The position numbers were made by a program, and so were the translations under genes. The notes under the pieces are model-generated. The model had not been told where the DNA came from and searched no databases. It was given only the letters and a program-made list of their open reading frames with translations. A stretch of DNA of 32,000 nucleotides from Candidatus Heimdallarchaeota archaeon B3_Heim (lineage in GTDB: Archaea; Asgardarchaeota; Heimdallarchaeia; Hodarchaeales; Hodarchaeaceae): the NCBI GenBank assembly GCA_003144275.1, contig NJBF01000007.1, positions 60,001-92,000 of the forward strand. Direction: 5' to 3'. Below are positions 17,621 through 25,818 of the stretch, piece after piece. Position 1 is the first letter of the stretch. Every line of letters starts with the position of its first letter.

Positions 17621-18073
17621 TTGGCCTTGAATGGAGTCTCTTTAACTGTGTTATCTCAGAAAAAAGTAGTCCTGTTCGTGTGTACACACAATTCCGCTCG
17701 TTCTCAGCTATCAGAAGCAATTCTTGAACAAAAATTTGGAGATCACTTTCAAACATTCAGCGCAGGGACAAAACCCACGACAATTAATCCTTACGTAAAA
17801 CAAGTTTTAACGGAAATGGGAATAAATACCTCCAACCTTAAAGCGAAGCATGTTAACGAATTTTTAGGTCAAGAAATAGACATAATTGTAACAGTTTGTG
17901 ATTCAGCTAAAGAATCTTGCCCTTATTTCCTTGGTGCAAAACGTTATGAGCATAAAAGCTTCAAAGATCCTAGTAATTTTACAGGAACGAATGATGAAAG
18001 GCTTAAAGCAGTGAAACGACTTAGAGACGAGATTTCTGAATGGATCGAAGAGGTATTCACTCCCAAGTCTTGA
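17621..18073 (+). CDS. arsC: Arsenate reductase, LMW-PTP fold (start may be GTG at 17648)
   Basis: LFVCTHNSARSQ (CX5R), SAGT, VTVCDSAKESCP, FKDPS. Confidence 0.88.
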   Translation: MALNGVSLTVLSQKKVVLFVCTHNSARSQLSEAILEQKFGDHFQTFSAGTKPTTINPYVKQVLTEMGINTSNLKAKHVNEFLGQEIDIIVTVCDSAKESCPYFLGAKRYEHKSFKDPSNFTGTNDERLKAVKRLRDEISEWIEEVFTPKS

Positions 18074-18208
18074 ATGCCTTGAATTGAGTAAATTCAGCTT
18101 TTCTATTTGAAATAATTGACATAATTTTTTAAATAGAAGATATCTTAGGGTTGCATAATTTATTAGAGACTTGAAAATATTATTCTCTTATACAAGAGGT
18201 GAATACGA

Positions 18209-19039
18209 ATGTCTGAACAAGAAGTTACACAAGAAAAATCACAAGCTTTACCGGAAAAAGAAAGGAAGATAATTGTTGATCTTTGGAAAACGAAGATGCA
18301 TGGGGAAATTATCGGGATTAAACAGAAAGAAGAGCATATGGCTAAGTCAAGACAATTTAACCGAGATTTAGAACTATTTGGAGAGGTTAGAGAGGTTAAA
18401 AAGGGAGAAGAAGAAACAGTTGGATATTTGGGCTATCGAAAAGGTCTTTGGGATGATGAGAAAGATAAACTAAATCGTAGATTGGTCATAAAGCTGTTTT
18501 CAAAGAGTATGTATTACCAAGGAACCATAGAAGAAATGATTGCCCGTGAATTTACACGCTCTTTAACCTCACGAAGAGACTTTCCAAATTTTTACACGTT
18601 AATTGATGGTCATGATTATGTTCTATCTGTTAGCAAGATACGAGGCGGCCTATTCGTTCCTGAATGGTTTTCTTTCCGAGCACATTTTGATAAAGACAAG
18701 AAATTTTACCCAATCATTCTCAAACATAAAATGGGTCCGGGAATTGATTATCGAATAGTACACGGAATTGGCGATAAAGAAATTGGTTTAATTAACGGGA
18801 AGAAATTTGACGTGGGTGGACGTTACGATATTGATATAAAATCATCCGATCCTAATCTGCTGTCCAATGTAGTAGTGAGAACATTAATCCTCTTTGCCGC
18901 AACTCTTAAGTTTCATAAATCTATACACAAAAAGATCAAAAAGGGTACAAATTTAATGAAAAAAGGGAAGTGGACACCAGATCTCGTCAACGAAGAGCTC
19001 CTTCTTCATCGTAATCCGAGAGCTATATTGCGAAAATAA
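18209..19039 (+). CDS. Conserved-looking hypothetical protein, possible Tubby/LURP-one/scramblase-like beta-barrel
   Basis: GAGGTGA RBS at 18196-18202; beta-rich repeats ending in IGLINGKKFDVGGRYDIDI followed by a buried helix RTLILFAATL. Confidence 0.5.
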   Translation: MSEQEVTQEKSQALPEKERKIIVDLWKTKMHGEIIGIKQKEEHMAKSRQFNRDLELFGEVREVKKGEEETVGYLGYRKGLWDDEKDKLNRRLVIKLFSKSMYYQGTIEEMIAREFTRSLTSRRDFPNFYTLIDGHDYVLSVSKIRGGLFVPEWFSFRAHFDKDKKFYPIILKHKMGPGIDYRIVHGIGDKEIGLINGKKFDVGGRYDIDIKSSDPNLLSNVVVRTLILFAATLKFHKSIHKKIKKGTNLMKKGKWTPDLVNEELLLHRNPRAILRK

Positions 19040-19049
19040 CTCTCCCTCC

Positions 19050-19057
19050 TTTTTTTT
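19050..19057 (+). terminator. Oligo-T terminator candidate
   Basis: T8 run 10 nt after the stop codon at 19039. Confidence 0.5.
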
Positions 19058-19102
19058 CCCTCTACAAGAAGTATTGTGAAAGCAGTTTATTCCTAGCCAG
19101 AA

Positions 19103-19252
19103 CTAGTTCTCCTCAAACGGAAAACTCTCTTCTAAAACATCGTTTAATGACCAATTGCGAAGAATTGATCCAATTTGATTAGATATGTACTTTTTCCCGT
19201 AATTTAGTGCCGTCTTAACTAAGTCAGGCATTATATTAACATCAGTTTCCAA
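19103..19252 (-). CDS. Possible small hypothetical protein (49 aa, TTG start)
   Basis: METDVNIMPDLVKTALNYGKKYISNQIGSILRNWSLNDVLEESFPFEEN; AAGGGGAT purine tract just upstream. Not in the ORF track. Confidence 0.35.
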   Translation of the reverse strand: METDVNIMPDLVKTALNYGKKYISNQIGSILRNWSLNDVLEESFPFEEN

Positions 19253-19883
19253 AAGTATCCCCTTTACAAACTTTAAACTAATTGTTCCTATTAAAGAAAT
19301 CGATGTCGGTATTGTATAACAAGAGTCTACTGAATTTTTCGTGTTAAAGCAACAAAAATGGTATTAATTATTAACTTAAAGCTTCAAAAAAGCAAGAATT
19401 TCCTTAAAAGGATATGGAGCTCTAATTATATTTAGAAAATATTAGTTTAATCTGAATACAGCAATTTATATGACCATAATCGTGAAAGTTACCAAATTGT
19501 GAAACTGGATTTGCTAAAAAATTAACTATGATAATTAGTTCGATAAGGAGTATTATCAAAAATTATTCCTTTGTATCGGATTCATGACATAGTTTTTAAC
19601 TTTCAATTGGTTAAAAAAACGAAAAATGTGACTCAAACTGGTCGAATGCTTTATTTCTTAACGAATAATATCGCGATTATATTGACAAAACTTTAAATCG
19701 AATAGCTCGAATTAGTTCGAACTGTCTATAATCCTTCTCAGTTTCCCCTACTGTAATTAGATGATGCTTTAAAATCTATGTTAGAGGGATAATCTGGAAG
19801 TACAGAAAGATTATGTCAGGATTTTACAATCAAAAGAAATGAAAAACTATCTATTGTTTCATGAAACCTAGAGGAATTTTGAT
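19253..19883. promoter_or_regulatory. Long AT-rich non-coding region upstream of the AAA+ ATPase
   Basis: About 630 nt with no convincing ORF in a genome otherwise packed with genes. Confidence 0.4.
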
Positions 19884-21218
19884 ATGGCTGATGTGACCGA
19901 CAAAATTAAAGAAGCTTTACAAGCTGGGAGATCGGGCCAAGTCAGTCGAAAAACCCCATATGAGCGATTTGGATTCCAACAGAATCCTTTTCAGCTGAAA
20001 TCTACTCATAGTATTGAAGAATCATTAATTATGCGTGAAGATGTATTAATTAACTTTGCCACACAAATTGGCTATGCTATTCGATTGTTTGAAGAGGATT
20101 CTTCTTCACCATTCCGTCATCAACTTACCCATGGCATACATGGTAGTGGCAAAACCACTGTAGCACAGCATTTTACTGAAGAATGGGAAAAATTCGGTTT
20201 TAATGATTATGAAACGATATTTACCAGTTTAAAGAACTGGCGGGAACCTCAACAAGATCGTGGGTTATATAGTGCCTCATCAAAAACTCTACAGACATAT
20301 GAACGATTTCTTAATGAGATACTTCGTGCGACAAAACCACTTATAGTCTTCGTTGACGATTTTGACTATACTGTTACAGGTACATCCGCTATTCCACGTT
20401 GTTCAGAATTTTTTGGTGATATCATATCTAGAGCCCCCTTCGGTGCAATTATTATCGCATTAGTTAGTAGTCTTACACTTATTGTTTTATCTGAAACTGA
20501 GAATACTAACCTATCTAGATCTTTCTATTCAAATTTCAATCCTGATCATTTCTTTTTCCCAGTATTTTCAAAAACAGAGGTTCGTCAATTGCTTACCAAG
20601 CGCCTACGGGACGTTCGTAAACCCATTGACCTTTTCTCTGTGAAATCTTTGGAAGTAATAGCTGATCATAGTATGGGCCTTCCTACTATTGCATTGAAGA
20701 TTGCGTCTGCATGCTTACATGAATTAATTACACAAAACATTGAAAGAGTTACCTCATCCTTAGTTAAGAATGTTATTAAGCAAGCAGGTTTTCGAAATGC
20801 TGTATCATTAATAGAATCTTTAGATCGTGATGAGGGAGATGAATCTGTCAATATTTTCACCCCAAAAAGACGTGATATAGTCATTTCTATCCTTCAACAT
20901 CAAACACGTGAGAGGTTCTTTTTCCCACCGACTGGTGTTGATGGTCTAACGATATCAAACCTTGCCCAACAATTTGGTGTTAACTTATCAACTATGAATT
21001 ATCACATTAAACCTCTAACACAAACCCTGCCAATCCCCATTCTTGAAAGTCAGGATGATGTTCATGATGCTAGATCGAAAATTCTCAAAGTAGATATGAA
21101 AACACCCATTGCCAGCGCCCTTGAAATTTTGGCAGTCTACCATAGACTTCAACCCGAACGCTATCATGTCAGTACACATTCGATACAAGTAGGACATAGG
21201 GAGGATGAAAAAACTTGA
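19884..21218 (+). CDS. AAA+ ATPase with C-terminal winged-helix (Orc1/Cdc6-like or ExeA-like architecture)
   Basis: YERFGFQQNPF, Walker A GIHGSGKTT, Walker B LIVFVDDFD, lid FSKTEVRQLLTKRL...SMGLPTIAL, wHTH LTISNLAQQFGVNLSTMNYHIKPL. Confidence 0.8.
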   Translation: MADVTDKIKEALQAGRSGQVSRKTPYERFGFQQNPFQLKSTHSIEESLIMREDVLINFATQIGYAIRLFEEDSSSPFRHQLTHGIHGSGKTTVAQHFTEEWEKFGFNDYETIFTSLKNWREPQQDRGLYSASSKTLQTYERFLNEILRATKPLIVFVDDFDYTVTGTSAIPRCSEFFGDIISRAPFGAIIIALVSSLTLIVLSETENTNLSRSFYSNFNPDHFFFPVFSKTEVRQLLTKRLRDVRKPIDLFSVKSLEVIADHSMGLPTIALKIASACLHELITQNIERVTSSLVKNVIKQAGFRNAVSLIESLDRDEGDESVNIFTPKRRDIVISILQHQTRERFFFPPTGVDGLTISNLAQQFGVNLSTMNYHIKPLTQTLPIPILESQDDVHDARSKILKVDMKTPIASALEILAVYHRLQPERYHVSTHSIQVGHREDEKT

Positions 21219-21290
21219 ATACACCCCTTAGTGAAATTTTACAATATTTAATAACAAAAAAATCTCTGATAGAGAGTCCATTAAAATTAG

Positions 21291-21722
21291 ATGAAGGAAT
21301 TAACCGTGCCAAGTAATCTAGAACTTTTACCTCTTAAAGACCTTACCACTGAATATTGTCGATTGCGTGGTCTAACTATCGATCAGAACACCTCACGGGC
21401 TAGTAATCGTCGTTGGGATTTTGTCATTCAAAATGGTGGCGATAAGGAAGGTATAGGAATTACAATAAAGGACTGGAGACGTGCAGTAGGTGTGGATATA
21501 ATCATTCGTGCCGAACAATTAATGAAAGCCAGTCGCTTTGTTTCAAAAGTCTTACTCGTTTCCAATCATTTTTCTGACCCCGCACGTTCTTTAGCGGAAA
21601 AAATTGGTATTTTTCTATTAACCAAGAATGATCTCATTGAGATTATATCAACATCGAATTCCCCTCAAGAGGAACCGTGGGCGGATCATTCAGACAATCA
21701 TGAGAATATTGTCCTCCAATGA
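21291..21722 (+). CDS. Mrr-like restriction-endonuclease-fold protein, probably degenerate
   Basis: WDFVIQ...IGITIKDWRRAVGVDII...VLLVSNHFSDPARSLAEKIGIFLL follows the Mrr_cat pattern, but the (Q/E)xK residue is Thr. Confidence 0.7.
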   Translation: MKELTVPSNLELLPLKDLTTEYCRLRGLTIDQNTSRASNRRWDFVIQNGGDKEGIGITIKDWRRAVGVDIIIRAEQLMKASRFVSKVLLVSNHFSDPARSLAEKIGIFLLTKNDLIEIISTSNSPQEEPWADHSDNHENIVLQ

Positions 21723-21729
21723 CTTTTAT

Positions 21730-22155
21730 TTACCTTTGAGAATCTATGGCAAATGTTAGGAATACCAACGTAGGAATGGTCTTCTGTACTCGTTGGTAGT
21801 GGTAGACAAAATAATCATGCCGGGGAGTAAATATATCTAGTAAGAGCGGGGAAGTAGTGGTCAAGTCGAGAATTTTTTCAACTATCCACTTTTCTAGCTG
21901 CGCACCAAGAAGAATATAAAGCTGTTTTCGCTTCTGAAAAATTAATGGTAAATATAATTCTCCCCAAAGTGATGAGGGAAGAATTTCACACAGATAATCC
22001 AAGTCTATTCGATTAACTTCTGATATCTGATTATTTCTGATAGTAAAAGTCGGAGTTTCTAGTAGCGATTCTAAAGACATCTTTTTACGGGGGAGAGAGC
22101 CATAGATTTTCTCTTTTTCAGCTTTCCACAAGCCATTAATTAGTCTCTTCGACAT
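21730..22155 (-). CDS. DUF61 / UPF0216-family protein
   Basis: LPRKKMSLESLL...DLDYLCEILPSSLWGELYLPLIF matches the archaeal DUF61 pattern as recalled. Confidence 0.65.
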   Translation of the reverse strand: MSKRLINGLWKAEKEKIYGSLPRKKMSLESLLETPTFTIRNNQISEVNRIDLDYLCEILPSSLWGELYLPLIFQKRKQLYILLGAQLEKWIVEKILDLTTTSPLLLDIFTPRHDYFVYHYQRVQKTIPTLVFLTFAIDSQR

Positions 22156-22236
22156 TGAAATTACTTACTTCCTATTGCATTATAATAGACTATAATTCCA
22201 ATAGAGTATAACCTTAACGAATTGAAATATATATTT

Positions 22237-22959
22237 TTAACGTCTTCTTCTGAACTTGACGTCAGTTGATTCTTCAGGTTTCGTTTCAGGTGAATCACTT
22301 CCACGGGATTCAGCAAGTTCACGTAATTCTTTAAGCTCAGTTTTTCTCTGTTTAATGGATTTTTCTCGTCTTGAAATACTTGTACTATCGCTACCAAGTG
22401 CTTTCGTTCTTCTTCGAGAAGAAACAATAGCCCAAGATAATAGTCCTACAGCAACAATCGTTCCTCCTCCGCCAAAGATGAGAATATTACCAATATCAGC
22501 GAAAGGGTTACTAGCGGTAGTGGTGGTGGTAGTAGTTGTGGTAGTGGTGTCAGATTCACCACCAGAGGCATCATACCTTATTGATAACAATGTTACTTCA
22601 AAATAATAGTTTGTTCCTTGTTCTAACGCAGTAAATTTCTTTTTTTCATTCACGCTTAAACCAATTATTCCTTCTTTGAATCCTAAAAAAAAGGCTGCTT
22701 CGGCTTCAGGATATAATGCAGCAACATCAGGTGGAACCACTGAATCTTGAGCAAGATATACATAATCAAAGCTGTTGTTTTCAACAATCTCAGTATAATC
22801 AGAGTACTCAAATCGTAAGTAATGAACATCAACTACGTCACCCCAGTCAGCAGTGACGGTTGCACTAGCTAATTCTGCAGTATTTATCCAAAAAGTTAGT
22901 AAGAGAACAAAAACGGCCGTTTTAGTTAGAGATCTTCGTTTAAATGATGAATAAAGCAT
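22237..22959 (-). CDS. Secreted, single-pass membrane protein with FKBP-type PPIase-like domain
   Basis: Signal peptide ending ASA; GDVVDVHY...GFKEGIIGLSVNEKKKF...YFEVTLLSI; T11 linker; TM helix; charged cytoplasmic tail ending KFRRRR. Confidence 0.7.
   Translation of the reverse strand: MLYSSFKRRSLTKTAVFVLLLTFWINTAELASATVTADWGDVVDVHYLRFEYSDYTEIVENNSFDYVYLAQDSVVPPDVAALYPEAEAAFFLGFKEGIIGLSVNEKKKFTALEQGTNYYFEVTLLSIRYDASGGESDTTTTTTTTTTTASNPFADIGNILIFGGGGTIVAVGLLSWAIVSSRRRTKALGSDSTSISRREKSIKQRKTELKELRELAESRGSDSPETKPEESTDVKFRRRR
22516..22548 (-). repeat. Poly-Thr (11 codons) linker, coding
   Basis: Eleven consecutive Thr codons between the FKBP-like domain and the TM helix. Confidence 0.85.
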
Positions 22960-23188
22960 AAATATAGTAGTTTATAAAAAATCTATATCTTTTATGTTTG
23001 TACGCACAATTCTTCGTTCGCTGTTCTCAAGTGTCGAAGGATAAGTTAGCAGGGAAATCGATCATAATACTTATCACAGAAGCTCTTTTAAGAATCGAAT
23101 GCTGAAAATGAATAAATACTTCCAAATTAGATGGAACAGCTAAATCTTATTGAAGCTAGAAATAAAGACCATAATAAGAGGTTTAATA

Positions 23189-23968
23189 ATGCACGATAAA
23201 TCATCAGAATTAGTTATTCGAACAGATGCGGATCAAACCATTTGTGAATGCACCCGTGATATTTCCCCCGAATGGATTGTTGTTGGTTTTCCTGGTCACG
23301 GTTTGGTAGGTAATATTGCAGCTAAACACATCATTAGTGAACTGAATTTAGAGTGGATCGGTTCTATACGTTCTCCATTGATACCTCCAGTGTCTGTGTT
23401 CATTGATGGAGTACTGGCATATCCTTACCGAATATATGGTTGTAAAGACAAGGAAATTGGAATTCTCATAGGCGAATCTCCCTGTCCTCCCCAGGCATAT
23501 TACTATCTAGCACGAGCAATGATGCAATGGGCGAGAAGTAATGGTACCAAACAGGTTATTTGTTTAGATGGATTTGTAGCTGATCCTCGTGAGAATAAAT
23601 CAGACGAGGTTTATCTGGTTTGTGAACCTCAAGTCTATCAAGAGAATGAGGAGCTAAAAAACCATAATTTCCCAAAACCACATACTGGTTTTATTTCTGG
23701 TTTATCAGGAGCAATTATGAATGAGGCTTTGCTGAGTCCTATTGAAGGGATTTCTCTTTTAACACCAATCTCAACTCCTTATCCTGATCCTGGTGGAGCA
23801 GCCCGGCTTATTGAAGCATTAAGCAAGATTAAAGGGCTTAATATTGATGTTACAAAACTCTTAGGGGATGCAGAAAAGATACAGAAATCTTTAATGGAAC
23901 TCGCGGACAAGAATCGTCAAATTTCTCAACAAGAAACACTAGGCCCCAGTAAAGGCCTTTACGTTTAA
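23189..23968 (+). CDS. PAC2-family proteasome assembly chaperone (start reassigned to ATG 23189)
   Basis: VVGFPGHGLVGNIAAKHII, PYRIYG, CLDGF, GFISGLSGAI, PDPGGAARLIEAL; GAGGT RBS at 23178-23182. Confidence 0.9.
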   Translation: MHDKSSELVIRTDADQTICECTRDISPEWIVVGFPGHGLVGNIAAKHIISELNLEWIGSIRSPLIPPVSVFIDGVLAYPYRIYGCKDKEIGILIGESPCPPQAYYYLARAMMQWARSNGTKQVICLDGFVADPRENKSDEVYLVCEPQVYQENEELKNHNFPKPHTGFISGLSGAIMNEALLSPIEGISLLTPISTPYPDPGGAARLIEALSKIKGLNIDVTKLLGDAEKIQKSLMELADKNRQISQQETLGPSKGLYV

Positions 23969-23975
23969 TAGAAGG

Positions 23976-24491
23976 TTATTCCTCAGCCTTATGTGCCCAA
24001 TTGGCAATTATTTCCCATTTGTCAAAATACGGGCATAAGGCCTTAACCAATTTAGATTTTAGATTCGTTTGTTTCTTTTTATCTAACTGCTGGAGTTCTG
24101 AATATGGAAGACTAAGAACCCAGTAATTTTCTTTGGATATAATTTTCTCTTTTTTCAATACTTCAAGAAATTGATCAGAGCCAATGATGAAATGATGCTT
24201 TTCTAAGGTTTCATCTTCAGTAGGTAGACGAAAACTCAATATTAAGAAGCTCTCATTGTTCATAAAAAAAGAAATTTCTAACTTCCACACAATTTTCTGT
24301 TTCTCTCTTCTCCCTGTACATACCTTAATATCCGCATACCTTACATGTTGATTTTTATCAGAGCGGATAATCATATCTACTTTTCCTGTGCTAGCGTAAG
24401 GACTGAAAGATTCAACACCTAATTCAAATAGCTTGATCTGGGTATCTAACTCATCAAAACCTCCTGTTTCATAGTACACATTGTTTTCCAT
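23976..24491 (-). CDS. Putative PD-(D/E)XK nuclease-fold protein (start reassigned to ATG 24491, 171 aa)
   Basis: LFELGVESFSPY..GKVDMIIR....YADIKV resembles motifs II/III of stand-alone PD-(D/E)XK domains. The upstream extension in the ORF track looks like AT-rich intergenic sequence. Confidence 0.5.
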   Translation of the reverse strand: MENNVYYETGGFDELDTQIKLFELGVESFSPYASTGKVDMIIRSDKNQHVRYADIKVCTGRREKQKIVWKLEISFFMNNESFLILSFRLPTEDETLEKHHFIIGSDQFLEVLKKEKIISKENYWVLSLPYSELQQLDKKKQTNLKSKLVKALCPYFDKWEIIANWAHKAEE

Positions 24492-24736
24492 GAGAAAGAA
24501 CGCCCCAAAGTAGTTTCTTCTAAGATTATACTTAATGATTTTATTTATATTCCAATTTGTATCAATGCCCCTTAATAGTACATTGACAAAAATAATCAAA
24601 AGAAGTAAAAATAAAAATCTTTTGAAATTATTTTCCTTTGAGGCTTTTTCGCTTCTCCAATTAATTGTAGGAGATATAACTTGGGCAAGAATCAGGATGA
24701 ATAGATTATTTAGGGACAAATGTTGATTCGAAAGCC

Positions 24737-25705
24737 TCATCCAGGGTGCATTTTAATTCTTTGCTGACACATTGGACACTGATTGAATACTTTTAACCAT
24801 TCTAACAAGTGTGTTCGATGAAAGACATTTCTACATTCAGGACATGTCACTTTTTGTTCACGTGGGCCAACAGATCGCCGACATATTACACAATAATCTT
24901 GGGTTTCAGTAATACCCCCCCACGAATATGTATCTGAATTAACGTGAACTTGAACATCCCCCACGACAATTATATTTTCTCCTGTATCATCTCGTTTCAG
25001 TGTTCCATGTAATTCCCCATTGTCAAGAGCATGTTTTATAACCCGTTGTACAATGGATGAGTCAACCATTAATTCAGGAAGGTCTTTTTGAATACAATAG
25101 AATAAATATCCCAGTTCAACTTCATTTTGTGGACGACTTATTCGCTGATTAATACTCGAGAACAAATGGTTTCTTGTTTTGGCTAATAATATAAGATTTT
25201 GGTGTTTTTTATCAATTTCAAGTAGGACATCCTCCGCAGAGTCGATTACAACTTGTAGGAGTTGTTGTACCTCAGAGGATTGAAAAGGATGTGCAGATAA
25301 ATGCCTTTCACGTTTAGATTGCTCTAGGAAATCAGAGATCGTTTCATTATATCCCTGTACCTGACGTAACACTGTATCAACGTTCGCAAGTAACTGAAGG
25401 GGTTCAATCATATCTACTGAAACAAAAATTTGTTGAATATCTAACCTTCTGTCGTTGAGTTCCCCAAGATAACGTGACACTTCTGTGAAAAAAGGTTGGC
25501 GAAGAGATTGGTTAATTATATGGCCAAATATAACACTAAGAATTATTATTACTATTATTATCAATTGGTCATTGAACGTACTCATACCCGTATTAAAGAA
25601 CATGAAAAGAAAAATAAGACCTGAAATTGTGGCTAAGAAAAGAATGATATTGCCTGTTGTCTTTTCTCGTGATAAACGGGATAGTTTACTCACACTAGTC
25701 GTCAT
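24737..25705 (-). CDS. Membrane-anchored RING-finger protein, putative E3 ubiquitin ligase (start reassigned to ATG 25705)
   Basis: Two N-terminal TM helices, helical mid-region, C-terminal CVIC-x12-CPEC-x4-H-x2-H-LLEW-x6-CPMC; GGTGG RBS-like site upstream. Confidence 0.8.
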   Translation of the reverse strand: MTTSVSKLSRLSREKTTGNIILFLATISGLIFLFMFFNTGMSTFNDQLIIIVIIILSVIFGHIINQSLRQPFFTEVSRYLGELNDRRLDIQQIFVSVDMIEPLQLLANVDTVLRQVQGYNETISDFLEQSKRERHLSAHPFQSSEVQQLLQVVIDSAEDVLLEIDKKHQNLILLAKTRNHLFSSINQRISRPQNEVELGYLFYCIQKDLPELMVDSSIVQRVIKHALDNGELHGTLKRDDTGENIIVVGDVQVHVNSDTYSWGGITETQDYCVICRRSVGPREQKVTCPECRNVFHRTHLLEWLKVFNQCPMCQQRIKMHPG

Positions 25706-25818
25706 GTAGCCACCGAATAGGTCTAAGGGAATGAGTCGAAGCTTCAAATAATAACTGCCATTGAATTAATAAAAAGTAGACTAGTTAATAATTCCGCAAT
25801 AATTTTCATATTTTGAAA

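Noticed and set aside
19240-19270. ORB-like box (GGAAAC and GGGG elements)
   Set aside because: The elements occur in the wrong order and spacing relative to the canonical ORB, and they overlap the start/RBS of the small ORF.
11891-21224. Short ORFs at 11891, 13512, 16800, 20666 and 21015
   Set aside because: Antisense shadows of supported genes; 13512..13811 is opposite the real AbrB gene.
22161-22606. ORFs 22161..22427 (-) and 22256..22606 (+)
   Set aside because: Alternate-frame or antisense shadows of the FKBP-like gene; the poly-Val simply mirrors the poly-Thr.
24492-24740. N-terminal 83-aa extension of the 23976..24740 ORF and the antisense 24535..24726 ORF
   Set aside because: The composition is what AT-rich intergenic DNA gives when translated; the domain-like sequence begins at ATG 24491.
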